Shown here one piece after another: positions 38,710 through 47,417 of a stretch of DNA of 64,000 nucleotides. Position 1 is the first letter of the stretch. Each line of letters opens with the position of its first letter. Both the position numbers and the translations under genes were made by a program. This stretch comes from a virus (taxonomy: Duplodnaviria > Caudoviricetes), in the IMG/VR virus record IMGVR_UViG_3300048852_000007, positions 11,893 to 75,892 of that record; one strand, 5' to 3'. Below the pieces are notes generated by a model. It ran no database searches. It was not told where the DNA came from and worked only from the letters and a program-made list of their open reading frames with translations.

Positions 38710-39054
38710 ATGGCCGTAGCTACCGCTCGTATGACCGTTGGTTCCCTCTTCGCCACTGTTGGTACCGCTGCTAATGCCGTTACCTCGGTGTTGGACACCA
38801 CTGTTCGCAGTGTTTCTATGCTGGACCGCTATGTCCGTGATGCCCAAGAGCGTCAGGATGCCCGTTCCACCGTGGATATGGACTCATTCACCGAGCAACT
38901 CCGGGACGAGAAGTCTATGGAAGAGGCTATGCGCAAGAAGCAAGTGCTGGATTTCACTTCCCAGTCTGAAATTAACCAGCAGCTCTATGCTGCCGCCTAT
39001 GACCGTATCGGCAGGCTGCTCGACTCCCGTAAGAAGGCTGCTCCGTCCGCTTAG
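38710..39054 (+). CDS. N4 gp1-like early protein
   Basis: RMTVGSLF.TV..AANAVT..L....RSV.MLD.YV pattern; first gene after promoter 1. Confidence 0.7.
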   Translation: MAVATARMTVGSLFATVGTAANAVTSVLDTTVRSVSMLDRYVRDAQERQDARSTVDMDSFTEQLRDEKSMEEAMRKKQVLDFTSQSEINQQLYAAAYDRIGRLLDSRKKAAPSA

Positions 39055-39096
39055 TCTCTAACTCCCTCAGCTCACCATCATGGTGACTGGGGGAGA

Positions 39097-39111
39097 CTCC
39101 CCTTCGGGGAG
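39097..39111 (+). promoter_or_regulatory. Weak candidate hairpin promoter or terminator
   Basis: CTCCCC-TTC-GGGGAG (template C-GAA-G loop). Confidence 0.3.
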
Positions 39112-39170
39112 GGGAGACTGTGGATAGGCAGACACTCTGGATAGATAGACTTCCACTCTGGATAGGCAGA

Positions 39171-39190
39171 GAGACGCTCCGCGTCTCATA
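39171..39190 (+). promoter_or_regulatory. vRNAP hairpin promoter 2
   Basis: GAGACGC-TCC-GCGTCTC, with TAG at the same offset from the loop as promoter 1. Confidence 0.8.
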
Positions 39191-39378
39191 GAGAGTGGGA
39201 TGGTGGAGGAGAGTGATGGGAGAGTCTAACTCTCCATCATCTCTATTCCCTCAATTTGGATGTTGAGCCTGTCTCCATCCATTTCCCATCATCCTCCAAT
39301 CCTAAACTCTCCCGAAATCCTATCCACCCATGGAGAGGATGCTCATTCCCTCCAACACAAGTCGAAAGGACTCAACTC

Positions 39379-39654
39379 ATGGCACTCGAAGCTGTGGCCA
39401 AGATCCAGATCTGGAACTCTCCACTGCCGGTCAAGTCGATCGAGGTGGTCTTCATCTACCGCTACGGCATGACCAAGGAGGAGTGCAGGGCTGCTGCTGT
39501 ACAGTCCCTCACAGATGTCCTCAGACCTGTGGAAGTAACCGACTGGTCGGATGTCATCACCTACGAACTCAGCAATGAGATCCAGGTGCTCAACACCTTC
39601 AATGGTGACGAGATGACCATCCGCTTCAATGGGCCGGCTCAGATCCGGCTCTAA
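39379..39654 (+). CDS. Early hypothetical protein
   Basis: 91 aa with AAGGA RBS. Confidence 0.65.
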   Translation: MALEAVAKIQIWNSPLPVKSIEVVFIYRYGMTKEECRAAAVQSLTDVLRPVEVTDWSDVITYELSNEIQVLNTFNGDEMTIRFNGPAQIRL

Positions 39655-39677
39655 CAACCTGAACCAAGGAGACCATC

Positions 39678-39884
39678 ATGGTTCCCAAGTTCTTCAAGGA
39701 TGCTGATCACTATCGTCAGTGGCAACTCCACTGCATCCATACCGATGGCATGAGTCACGCCATTGGTGAGGAGCCGTCTCGTGCAGACGAGATCACGGAT
39801 CCTGAGTTCCGTCAGCACTACGAGCAAGGCTATCGGGACGGCCAGGGGTATCTGGCTGAAGAGGCTGCTGAATACGCCGAGTAA
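39678..39884 (+). CDS. Early hypothetical protein
   Basis: 68 aa after TGAACCAAGGAG; YEQGYRDG motif. Confidence 0.7.
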   Translation: MVPKFFKDADHYRQWQLHCIHTDGMSHAIGEEPSRADEITDPEFRQHYEQGYRDGQGYLAEEAAEYAE

Positions 39885-39913
39885 TCCCTTCAACCTCAAC
39901 TCAGGAGACCATC

Positions 39914-40102
39914 ATGGCTGTGACGTTCGAGAGCATGTTCGACAAGGCTGATGACTTTGAAGAATGGGGTATCCCTATCGAGGATAACACGCTGTCAGTC
40001 CAGCTGATCATCCTTGAAGAGTATCGCGCCGAGTATTCGGACGACCCTAGCTGGAATAGGGATCACCTCACCGTCTGCCAACAGATAGCAGCTGGCTGCT
40101 AA
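39914..40102 (+). CDS. Early hypothetical protein
   Basis: 62 aa with AGGAG RBS. Confidence 0.65.
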   Translation: MAVTFESMFDKADDFEEWGIPIEDNTLSVQLIILEEYRAEYSDDPSWNRDHLTVCQQIAAGC

Positions 40103-40221
40103 TCTTTAGTAATCCCTTCAACCTCGATGACAAGGAGCAACTATCATGCGTCGTCGTATCTCTCCCCAGCTGCGTCGTATTCTTGAGTCTCTGGTCGTTC
40201 ATTCTGGGAAGGATTGAGCCA

Positions 40222-40401
40222 ATGGAGTTCGACCCAGAGGAATGCTTCCCAGTCTCGATCGCTATCACTTCCAATATCACTCGGAACTTTATCCGAGTGT
40301 GCTGGGGGATCACTGACGATCAGATCGAGTCTTACTTGTCCCAAGGCATGACCTTGCAGGACATTGACGACCTTTACCGTATTGAGCGGGCACAAGACTA
40401 A
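40222..40401 (+). CDS. Early hypothetical protein
   Basis: 59 aa from ATG 40222 after GAAGGA. Confidence 0.5.
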   Translation: MEFDPEECFPVSIAITSNITRNFIRVCWGITDDQIESYLSQGMTLQDIDDLYRIERAQD

Positions 40402-40779
40402 TGCCCCTCATGCGCTGGTTTATCCAGCTGATGCTCACTGGTTCCAGGAGGGACCAGTGCAGCTTCAACCTGAAGCGTCGATATGTGGTCCGCTTCAATG
40501 ACCGCTCTTAGCCCTATGAGGCTCGAAGACATGCTCGATGCCCTGATGCTGATCGCTCTGGCCACGGCTGTGATCTTCGCCTGGCTGTGGCTAACCACCT
40601 GATCCCATTGAACCAAGGAGAAAGACTGTGAGCCCACGAGAAATAATCGTGGCTGCACTTCGTCGTATGAAGCAAGCCGGCGAAAGCCATGAAATGGCTG
40701 CACGGTGGATCATGGAAGATCTCACCAAGGCTGGCTTCTCTGTGGTGTCGGTCCCGTTGAACCAACAGGAGAACAGATC

Positions 40780-41049
40780 ATGAACATTTTGACTGCTATG
40801 GAGCTTTCTCAGGGGATCCTGACAGGCTTCACAGAGCTGCTCTTGGCCGATGTCCGCAGCCTTGATCAGGACCGGCCCAAGGCTGATCCCATTCCAGGGG
40901 CCAGCCTACCTCGCTTCGACAGCGATGAGGCGATCCAGGCTTTCTGTGCTCAGAACTACCTCGATGACCCAGAGATTGACCCTCAGGGCAGGATCTATGC
41001 CTGGTCCGAGTATGAGGATCGCTACATCCAGATCGGCTGGATTAAGTAA
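40780..41049 (+). CDS. Early hypothetical protein
   Basis: 89 aa with CAGGAG RBS. Confidence 0.65.
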   Translation: MNILTAMELSQGILTGFTELLLADVRSLDQDRPKADPIPGASLPRFDSDEAIQAFCAQNYLDDPEIDPQGRIYAWSEYEDRYIQIGWIK

Positions 41050-41075
41050 TCCAATCTGAACCAAGGAGATCAACT

Positions 41076-41267
41076 ATGGCTCGTGAAGACATCAAATGTG
41101 CTCTGACCGAGCCTATGCTGGTCGAGCACTTCATGGATGGTGTTGAAGACGCCAGAAGGGATCAAACAGTAGTTCCCGTCTGGTATATGGACAATGATCG
41201 TGACCTAAACCCGTATCAGAAAGCATACGCCGAGGGATTCACATCCGTAGTCCGTGGCGAGAACTGA
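41076..41267 (+). CDS. Early hypothetical protein
   Basis: 63 aa; AYAEGF motif; flanked by the junction motif. Confidence 0.65.
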   Translation: MAREDIKCALTEPMLVEHFMDGVEDARRDQTVVPVWYMDNDRDLNPYQKAYAEGFTSVVRGEN

Positions 41268-41283
41268 ACCAAGGAGGAATACC

Positions 41284-41502
41284 ATGCACCACAAGTACAG
41301 CCTGGAGGAGCTTCGGCTCCTCTGGAAGGCGGTGAACACTCAGATGCAAGAGATTCGCCGTACTGAACAGCACTTTACCACAGGCTCTTATACAAAGAGC
41401 GTGGGTCCATGGATGGATCTCATCCACAAGATCCATGACGAAGTGCTGGTGATTGAGAATAACCAAGCCTGCGAGCAGGCTCATGAGGCAGCCTTTACTT
41501 AG
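41284..41502 (+). CDS. Early hypothetical protein
   Basis: 72 aa after TGAACCAAGGAG. Confidence 0.65.
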   Translation: MHHKYSLEELRLLWKAVNTQMQEIRRTEQHFTTGSYTKSVGPWMDLIHKIHDEVLVIENNQACEQAHEAAFT

Positions 41503-41511
41503 TCATCTCTT

Positions 41512-41529
41512 GGCACTCCGTGCCTTGTA
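41512..41529 (+). promoter_or_regulatory. vRNAP hairpin promoter 3
   Basis: GGCAC-TCC-GTGCC followed by the same TTGTAGGAGG as promoter 1. Confidence 0.85.
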
Positions 41530-41638
41530 GGAGGGTTCTAAGAGAGCCCTCTTGGTTTCTTCTCATCTTGTTTTTTGGTTGCTCCATGCTGGAGCGAATC
41601 CCCTATCCCTCAACCTGAACAATCTAGGAGCTAATACC

Positions 41639-42058
41639 ATGGCGCTTACCTTCAATGAGACCTTCCCGGTTCGTGGCGGCAACCAGGCTGCCAAGAAGGA
41701 CCAGACTCCGGCCGTCTATTGGCTGAACATCGGCTACCAGACCGAGGTGCAGACCGAAGAGGGCACCACCGAGGTTCGTTTTGTCAGCCTGCCACTGGGT
41801 ATCCCGCTGGACACTCAGGAGCTGCTGAAGACCAACTCTCGCAATGAGAGCTTTGCCCAGTTCCAGGCGGCTCGGAATGACCTGCACGCTCAGATCATGG
41901 ATCTGGCCAAGGGTCTGGAGCCGGGTGAAGAGACCATCCTGGCGCTCGATCCGAAGAATGGCCTGGCCATCCAGCTGCGTCGGGTGAACGAAGCCACTGC
42001 GGCTGTCGTCGATCCGGCGGCCAATCCGTTCGCTCGCAAGCTGAAGCTGGCGGCCTAA
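41639..42058 (+). CDS. N4 gp2-like ssDNA-binding activator of RNAP II
   Basis: YWLNIGY, FVSLP.GIPLDTQE, ARNDL..Q, LEPGEE and QLRRV match the N4 gp2 pattern. Confidence 0.88.
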   Translation: MALTFNETFPVRGGNQAAKKDQTPAVYWLNIGYQTEVQTEEGTTEVRFVSLPLGIPLDTQELLKTNSRNESFAQFQAARNDLHAQIMDLAKGLEPGEETILALDPKNGLAIQLRRVNEATAAVVDPAANPFARKLKLAA

Positions 42059-42129
42059 GCCTGAACCAAGGGGAGGAAGGCACTGATCTTCCTCCCTTTT
42101 CTTGTACTCAAACCGAGGGACCACAGACC

Positions 42130-42426
42130 ATGCGCTTCAAGATCACCTTCCAGACCGAGTACAAGATCAACGCCATCAAGGCCGTGCGTAATGTCGCCAC
42201 GGACTTCAACATCGAGGTCCTCAAGGGCCTCCGTGAGGCGAAGACTGCGGTCGAGAATGGCTTGATTGTCGATTTCGACGACCTCAACCGGATGCTGAAC
42301 CTGATCTCCCACAGCTTCCGGGATGGTGCCCCTGACAAGGCGCTCAGCTTCAATGTCGAGCCCTGTTTTGAACTGACGATGCCGGTGGTGATGCCGAAGC
42401 TGCCAACGGTCGCCACTGTCTACTGA
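42130..42426 (+). CDS. Ribosomal protein bL12 C-terminal-like domain protein
   Basis: KINAIKAVR....GLREAKTAVE resembles the L7/L12 CTD signature. Confidence 0.55.
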   Translation: MRFKITFQTEYKINAIKAVRNVATDFNIEVLKGLREAKTAVENGLIVDFDDLNRMLNLISHSFRDGAPDKALSFNVEPCFELTMPVVMPKLPTVATVY

Positions 42427-42432
42427 ACCAGT

Positions 42433-42469
42433 AGGAGGAATCCCCAGTTAATGGGGATTCCTCCTTTTT
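42433..42469 (+). terminator. Intrinsic terminator
   Basis: AGGAGGAATCCCCA/TGGGGATTCCTCCT 14-bp stem plus T run. Confidence 0.9.
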
Positions 42470-42573
42470 AATTTGAACGATAGTCAACACAACTCCTACT
42501 CAACCTAAATACTAAAAGTAGGATTCAGGATAAATTTGGCGAAATAGAACCTAAGACCTGAGGAGCCAAGAAT

Positions 42574-42882
42574 ATGGGTACCAAACACACGCCTGGACCG
42601 TGGGAAGTGGATGATGACGGAGAGGTATCCAGTCAGAACGTAGTCGTCGCCAAGGTATTCCAATGGGACGATTTCCCATGTCTTGAAGAGCACATGGAGG
42701 CCGTTCAAAGAGAGTGCGAGGCCAATGCCCGCTTGATCGCTGCTGCACCTGAGCTGCTGGCAGCTCTCCATGAGCTGGACGCCATGTACCAGCGAATTGC
42801 TCCTGACGATCCTGAGGGTCTTCATCCCGATCTGCACCCGGCATGGAAGGCGTGCAAGGCCGCCATAGCCAAAGCTACCTGA
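42574..42882 (+). CDS. Conserved phage protein (HTPGPW...ANARLIAAAPEL family)
   Basis: Both motifs present. Confidence 0.8.
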   Translation: MGTKHTPGPWEVDDDGEVSSQNVVVAKVFQWDDFPCLEEHMEAVQRECEANARLIAAAPELLAALHELDAMYQRIAPDDPEGLHPDLHPAWKACKAAIAKAT

Positions 42883-42918
42883 TCATCCAATCCCACACCC
42901 AAAGAAGGAGCTAGAACC

Positions 42919-43479
42919 ATGGGTAACACCCTGATCTATGCCGGTATCGGCAGTCGTGAGACGCCTGATTTCTTCTGTTCCATCATGAAGAGCATTGCCC
43001 GGCAGCTGGCACCCAGATGGGTTCTGCGCTCAGGCTTTGCTGATGGGGCTGATATGGCCTTCTGCCGTGGTGCTGATGAAGCCCAGGGTGAGATGGAGAT
43101 CTATGTGCCCTGGGCTGGCTTCAATGGGGCACCCACGGATGATGACCGGATCATCGTCCCAGAGTGGACCAATGAGATCTTCACCCTAGCTGCGAAGCAT
43201 CACCCTGCCTGGCACCGATGCTCAAGCGGAGCCAGAAAGCTCCATGCCAGGAATGGCTGCCAGGTGCTGGGACGTAGCCTCCTGGAGCCAGCGCATATGG
43301 TGATCTGCTGGACTCCTGAAGGGAAGGGGAATGGCGGCACTGGCCAGGCCATCCGCATTGCCAATGAGTACGAGATCCCTGTCTTTGACCTGGCTATCCC
43401 AGGCATGGATCGGAAGCTCTGTGAGTTCGTCGAGCGTATGGAGCGCCTCGAAGCCGGTGAGTGGGAGATGGCAGCATGA
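42919..43479 (+). CDS. SLOG-superfamily (DprA/YspA-like) nucleotide-binding protein
   Basis: YAGIGSRETP, LRSG.ADGAD.AF, ARN..QVLG and GGTGQAIRIA motifs. Confidence 0.75.
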   Translation: MGNTLIYAGIGSRETPDFFCSIMKSIARQLAPRWVLRSGFADGADMAFCRGADEAQGEMEIYVPWAGFNGAPTDDDRIIVPEWTNEIFTLAAKHHPAWHRCSSGARKLHARNGCQVLGRSLLEPAHMVICWTPEGKGNGGTGQAIRIANEYEIPVFDLAIPGMDRKLCEFVERMERLEAGEWEMAA

Positions 43480-43694
43480 GTGCGGCAGAGATCACGCAGG
43501 AGCTGGACTTCACGAAACGGCTGATGGCTGCTGTCTGGATGGTTGGCAACATGGACACAGAGCAGGACAAGGCCGCTTGGTGGGCAAACTTTGAGCCACT
43601 CTGGAATGAGGTGGCGCAAGACCCTCACGTGCAGGAGTACGCGGATGCGGCTTTCGCCGCAGCACACGCCGCCCTCTCCCAGGAAGTCGAGTGA
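43476..43694 (+). CDS. Hypothetical protein
   Basis: 72 aa, overlap-coupled. Confidence 0.6.
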   Translation: MSAAEITQELDFTKRLMAAVWMVGNMDTEQDKAAWWANFEPLWNEVAQDPHVQEYADAAFAAAHAALSQEVE

Positions 43695-44086
43695 TGAATG
43701 ACCTCATCAAGCGGCTTGAGACTGTGACAGGGCCGGATCGGGCGCTGGATGGCGAGATCTGGCGCGAGGTGAATGGGTGGCCGATCGAGGCAGGGTTCGA
43801 GTTCGGCTCTGGTATCTGGCATCGGCAAGATCCCAAGGATCTGTGCGCTTATGAGGCACCACCTTTGTTCACCTCCAGCATCGACGACGCGATGACGCTG
43901 GTGCCGGAGGGGTGGCTTTGGACAGTGGCAACCTACTGGTGCGATGGCAGCGCAAAGCCGCCTTACTTTGCAGATTGTGCCCCAAGCGCCCTTCGAGATG
44001 GCTCGGATGTCGAGGTGTCGCAAGCTTGGGCCGCCATTCCCGCCCTAGCCCTTTGCATCGCTGCCCTGAAGGCACGAGCAGTATGA
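43691..44086 (+). CDS. Phage ABA-sandwich-like protein
   Basis: GPDRALD.EI, FTSSIDDAMTLVPEGW and PALALCIAALKARA motifs. Confidence 0.7.
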   Translation: MMNDLIKRLETVTGPDRALDGEIWREVNGWPIEAGFEFGSGIWHRQDPKDLCAYEAPPLFTSSIDDAMTLVPEGWLWTVATYWCDGSAKPPYFADCAPSALRDGSDVEVSQAWAAIPALALCIAALKARAV

Positions 44087-44292
44087 AACCCCGCTTCAAG
44101 GACGGTGCTCGTGTGAAGATGCTTGGTGAGCCTAAGCCTATCGGTGCAGGCGTCACCAGGCGCTTCGATGCAGGCACTGTCCTGCGAAGTGAAGCCTCAG
44201 ACTACCCATTCGAGGTGGTCGTGGTTCAGTGGGATGGAGAGACTGATCCTCTATATGCCTGGGCTCTCGACTTGGAGCCGGCCGAAGCTTAA
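44083..44292 (+). CDS. Small SH3-like hypothetical protein
   Basis: FKDGARVKM..GTV..VVVQWD pattern. Confidence 0.55.
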   Translation: MKPRFKDGARVKMLGEPKPIGAGVTRRFDAGTVLRSEASDYPFEVVVVQWDGETDPLYAWALDLEPAEA

Positions 44293-44317
44293 CCAACCCA
44301 CCGTTCAGTGCTGAACC

Positions 44318-44350
44318 AAGGGAGAGAGCATCCAGCTCTCTCCCTTTTCT
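44318..44350 (+). terminator. Intrinsic terminator
   Basis: AAGGGAGAGAGC-ATCCA-GCTCTCTCCCTT then TTCT. Confidence 0.85.
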
Positions 44351-44498
44351 AATTCCAAGGGGAGATAGTCACCATGGTGATCGGCATCTCACTGCTCATC
44401 AGTGCAGTGCTCGTTGGTCTGATGGTTGGGCTCATGCAGTGGCGCATCCATTGTGAGAACAAGGCTTACCGTGAACGCTTGAAGGAGTTGGATCAACC

Positions 44499-44762
44499 AT
44501 GAGGACCATCGTTCTCCGCAATGGCACGAACTTCACGCCATCCGAGGAGACCAAGACTGAATTCCGCAGCACCATTGGCTATCTGACCCAGTGGCAGCTG
44601 TCCACACACCTCTATGGTCATGTGGAGCTGAGCATCCACAGCAATGGGGATATGGCTGCGGCTTATTGGACCAGCATCGAGGATGATGTGCTTTCTCTGG
44701 CTCCGAAAGCCTTCCTCTTCGCTGAGCGTCGTGAGGACGGCAGCTATCGTCTACGGTCTTAA
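44499..44762 (+). CDS. Hypothetical protein
   Basis: 87 aa with GAAGGAG RBS. Confidence 0.6.
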   Translation: MRTIVLRNGTNFTPSEETKTEFRSTIGYLTQWQLSTHLYGHVELSIHSNGDMAAAYWTSIEDDVLSLAPKAFLFAERREDGSYRLRS

Positions 44763-44774
44763 AGGGACACTGTA

Positions 44775-45158
44775 ATGAGTAAGGTGGTCTTCGTCTTCGC
44801 CACTAACGAACGTGGCATCCATGATTCGGGTATCGCCAGAATTGCTTACGATCTGCATGGTGCCCGCATGAAGTTTAGCTACGGACACATGGGCAACAGC
44901 TTCGCTATTCCCTTCTTGGCTCAAAATCTGACACCTCTGCCCCATCACAGAATCAGTCAATACGTCCAAGGTTTTCTGGCCTATGCCCATGGCCATCCTG
45001 AGCTGACGTTTAAGGTCACTCAGATCGGACATGAACTTGGACGCGAAGAGGAAGAGGCTATCGCACGCCTCTTCGCTGCTGCTCCACAAAACTGCACCTT
45101 TAATGTGAGCTGGAAGCCGTTTCTGGGTGCTGGATACCACTACTGGTCTGCGACCTGA
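44775..45158 (+). CDS. Divergent A1S_2505-like (macrodomain-like) phage protein
   Basis: VFVF.TN..G.H..G.A, GNSFAIP and F..YA..HPELTFKVTQIG motifs. Confidence 0.65.
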   Translation: MSKVVFVFATNERGIHDSGIARIAYDLHGARMKFSYGHMGNSFAIPFLAQNLTPLPHHRISQYVQGFLAYAHGHPELTFKVTQIGHELGREEEEAIARLFAAAPQNCTFNVSWKPFLGAGYHYWSAT

Positions 45159-45173
45159 ACCAAGGAGATCACC

Positions 45174-45560
45174 GTGACCGAGACACTTGATGCGCTCCCT
45201 TTCAAGATGGAGCGTCCCTTCCACCGTGAAGACTATCAGAATGGTAGGTTGACCATCTGCTTCACCGATGCTGCGCACCTGACTGACAGCTGGAACTTCG
45301 CCAGGAAGCACGGACGTGGTGCAGACTTCGCTCTTGCCATGATGCAGCTCATCAGTGTGGCACTTGGAGCCACTCTGCCGCAGCGTGAGTGTGTATGGCC
45401 GGATGGGGACGTGAGTCCTGCCAAACCTGGCACAGACCACAAGATCACCATCAGCCCTGACAGCCATACCGCTCCCAGCTTCTTATGGCAGGAGGAGAAG
45501 GGCATGGTCGGTGGTCTGATCTGGCATCACCGTAGTGGTGATTGGTCCATTCACACATGA
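45174..45560 (+). CDS. Hypothetical protein with C-terminal GGLIWH..WSIHT motif
   Basis: GTG start after TGAACCAAGGAG. Confidence 0.65.
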   Translation: MTETLDALPFKMERPFHREDYQNGRLTICFTDAAHLTDSWNFARKHGRGADFALAMMQLISVALGATLPQRECVWPDGDVSPAKPGTDHKITISPDSHTAPSFLWQEEKGMVGGLIWHHRSGDWSIHT

Positions 45561-45910
45561 CCTACGCCGAGCTCGACGCAAGAGACGTTCTCAAAGCCTG
45601 TGATCTCTACTTTGAGCGCCACAAACGCCGCATTGATGGAGATCGAGAGAGCTTCATCGAGACCTACACCAAACCTAGATCAGGGCTTCTGGCTCGGATC
45701 TTTGGCAAGGGAATGACCAGAGAAGAGGCTTCGCACCTCTGGGAAACCGAACATGCGTGGATCTCCGAAATCACCGGAGGTCTTGAGGCCCAGCGCATGA
45801 AGAATGTCAGGGAGCTGGCTCGCTTCGCGGCGACACAGCGTATTCCGGTCAATGTCTCAAGCGATGACTTCATTTCCCTGAGAACACACCTGTGGAGTCT
45901 CCACAGCTGA
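45557..45910 (+). CDS. Hypothetical protein
   Basis: 117 aa, ATGA overlap. Confidence 0.6.
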   Translation: MTYAELDARDVLKACDLYFERHKRRIDGDRESFIETYTKPRSGLLARIFGKGMTREEASHLWETEHAWISEITGGLEAQRMKNVRELARFAATQRIPVNVSSDDFISLRTHLWSLHS

Positions 45911-45924
45911 ACCAAGGAGCAAGC

Positions 45925-46758
45925 ATGTCGGACACTACCGAGACACAAACCAAGCTGGTTGCCAAGCAAATCGAACTTGAGAAGCTTTATAGCAAGAACC
46001 AGCTCATCCCTCGGATCCGAGCTGAGTTCCAGAACTGTCCTAACTTCGATTTCTCAGCCTATTTCATCGAGAAGGGGATCCCCATTCCCTTCGGTTTTGA
46101 CTTCCTGGTTCAGATGGCCATCCACAAGCGGGCCAATCTCTCGACCATGGTAGGGCTGCTCTACCACCACTTCGGCAATGGCCAGACCACAGCGGACATG
46201 CTCAAGCGGGCCTGTGAGGCTGACCTGGCTGACTGGAGCCCGGAGCTGAAGCTCTTCGTGGTGAAGTTCGAGATCAGTGCTGATGTCCAGGAGGAGCTGG
46301 ATCGTTTCCAGTTTCCCTTGCCCATGGTGGTGGAGCCTAAGCCCATCCGAACCAACAGGGATACCGGCTACTTCATGGGTGGTGGCTCAGTGATCCTGAA
46401 GCAGAACCACCATGAGGAGGATGTCTGCCTGGATCACCTGAACAGGCTGAACCAGGTGCGCTTCACCATCAACGAAGAGGTGGTGAAGATGGTGAAGAAC
46501 AAGTGGAAGAACCTGGACCGACCCAAAGAGGGAGAGACCAGGGAAGAGTATGAGCGCAGGAAGAAGGCGTTCTGCAAGTATGACCGGACAGCAAAGGATG
46601 TGATGAAGGTGCTCATGGAGCACTCTGATCATTTCCACCTCACTCACAAATACGACAAGAGAGGCCGCACATACTGTGTCGGCTATCAAGTTAACTATCA
46701 AGGCAATGAGTGGAACAAGGCTGTGATCGAGTTTTCGAATAAGGAGGTAATCGAATGA
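45925..46758 (+). CDS. RNA polymerase II subunit 1 (N4 gp15-like)
   Basis: ELEKLYSKNQ, FQFPLPMVVEPK, HKYDKRGRTYCVGYQVNYQG motifs. Confidence 0.93.
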   Translation: MSDTTETQTKLVAKQIELEKLYSKNQLIPRIRAEFQNCPNFDFSAYFIEKGIPIPFGFDFLVQMAIHKRANLSTMVGLLYHHFGNGQTTADMLKRACEADLADWSPELKLFVVKFEISADVQEELDRFQFPLPMVVEPKPIRTNRDTGYFMGGGSVILKQNHHEEDVCLDHLNRLNQVRFTINEEVVKMVKNKWKNLDRPKEGETREEYERRKKAFCKYDRTAKDVMKVLMEHSDHFHLTHKYDKRGRTYCVGYQVNYQGNEWNKAVIEFSNKEVIE

Positions 46759-46931
46759 TCAGCGTAACTGAACTGAAGACTTGGATGGCAACCTTGGAGG
46801 ACACCAGTTCCGTTGCCATTGACGATGGTGGCTTGACACTAGTGGAGTTGAACATCTTCAACGAAGAAACCGGAGCCTATTTGGAAATTGGTGGGCTTCC
46901 ACTGAAAGAAGATGAGGAGATCGCTCCGTGA
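46755..46931 (+). CDS. Small acidic hypothetical protein
   Basis: 58 aa, ATGA overlap, AAGGAGG RBS. Confidence 0.55.
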   Translation: MISVTELKTWMATLEDTSSVAIDDGGLTLVELNIFNEETGAYLEIGGLPLKEDEEIAP

Positions 46932-47161
46932 TCTGGGTTCTTGTTATCCTGGCTCTCAACCTACCGTTGGGAACCATCCCCAGAGGGGACATCGCAGGTA
47001 TCGTTCACCTGTCGAATGAGGAGTGCCAGGCTGAGCGTGTCAGGCTGGATCGCTACCTGAAGGAGCAGGGTGCAGTGCTCAACGTGATCTGCATCGCTGC
47101 TGATAACACCCCTGCACCTGCTCATCAGCCAACGAGTAATGGTTCGAGGCGGCGTAGCTGA
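46928..47161 (+). CDS. Small protein with hydrophobic N-terminus
   Basis: MIWVLVILAL start; F...EEC.A-like motif with a Cys pair. Confidence 0.55.
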   Translation: MIWVLVILALNLPLGTIPRGDIAGIVHLSNEECQAERVRLDRYLKEQGAVLNVICIAADNTPAPAHQPTSNGSRRRS

Positions 47162-47176
47162 ACAAAGGAGAAAGAC

Positions 47177-47386
47177 ATGCCTAAGTTCAAGGTGACCATC
47201 AACCAGCTCCGGTGGGAAACGGCGTCAGAGATTATAGAGGCCGATACCGCCGAAGAGGCAGAAGACAAGATGCACACCCTCAATGAGAGCGGTGAACTCG
47301 CAGACTGGGACACAGGAGATGTCTTTGTCGATGATACAGGCATCGTTGCTTCCCCTGAAATCTATGCCGAGCCTGTAGAAGACTGA
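47177..47386 (+). CDS. Small acidic hypothetical protein
   Basis: IEADTAEEAEDK motif. Confidence 0.6.
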   Translation: MPKFKVTINQLRWETASEIIEADTAEEAEDKMHTLNESGELADWDTGDVFVDDTGIVASPEIYAEPVED

Positions 47387-47417
47387 ACCAATCCCACCCA
47401 ACGCAAGGAGCAACTCG

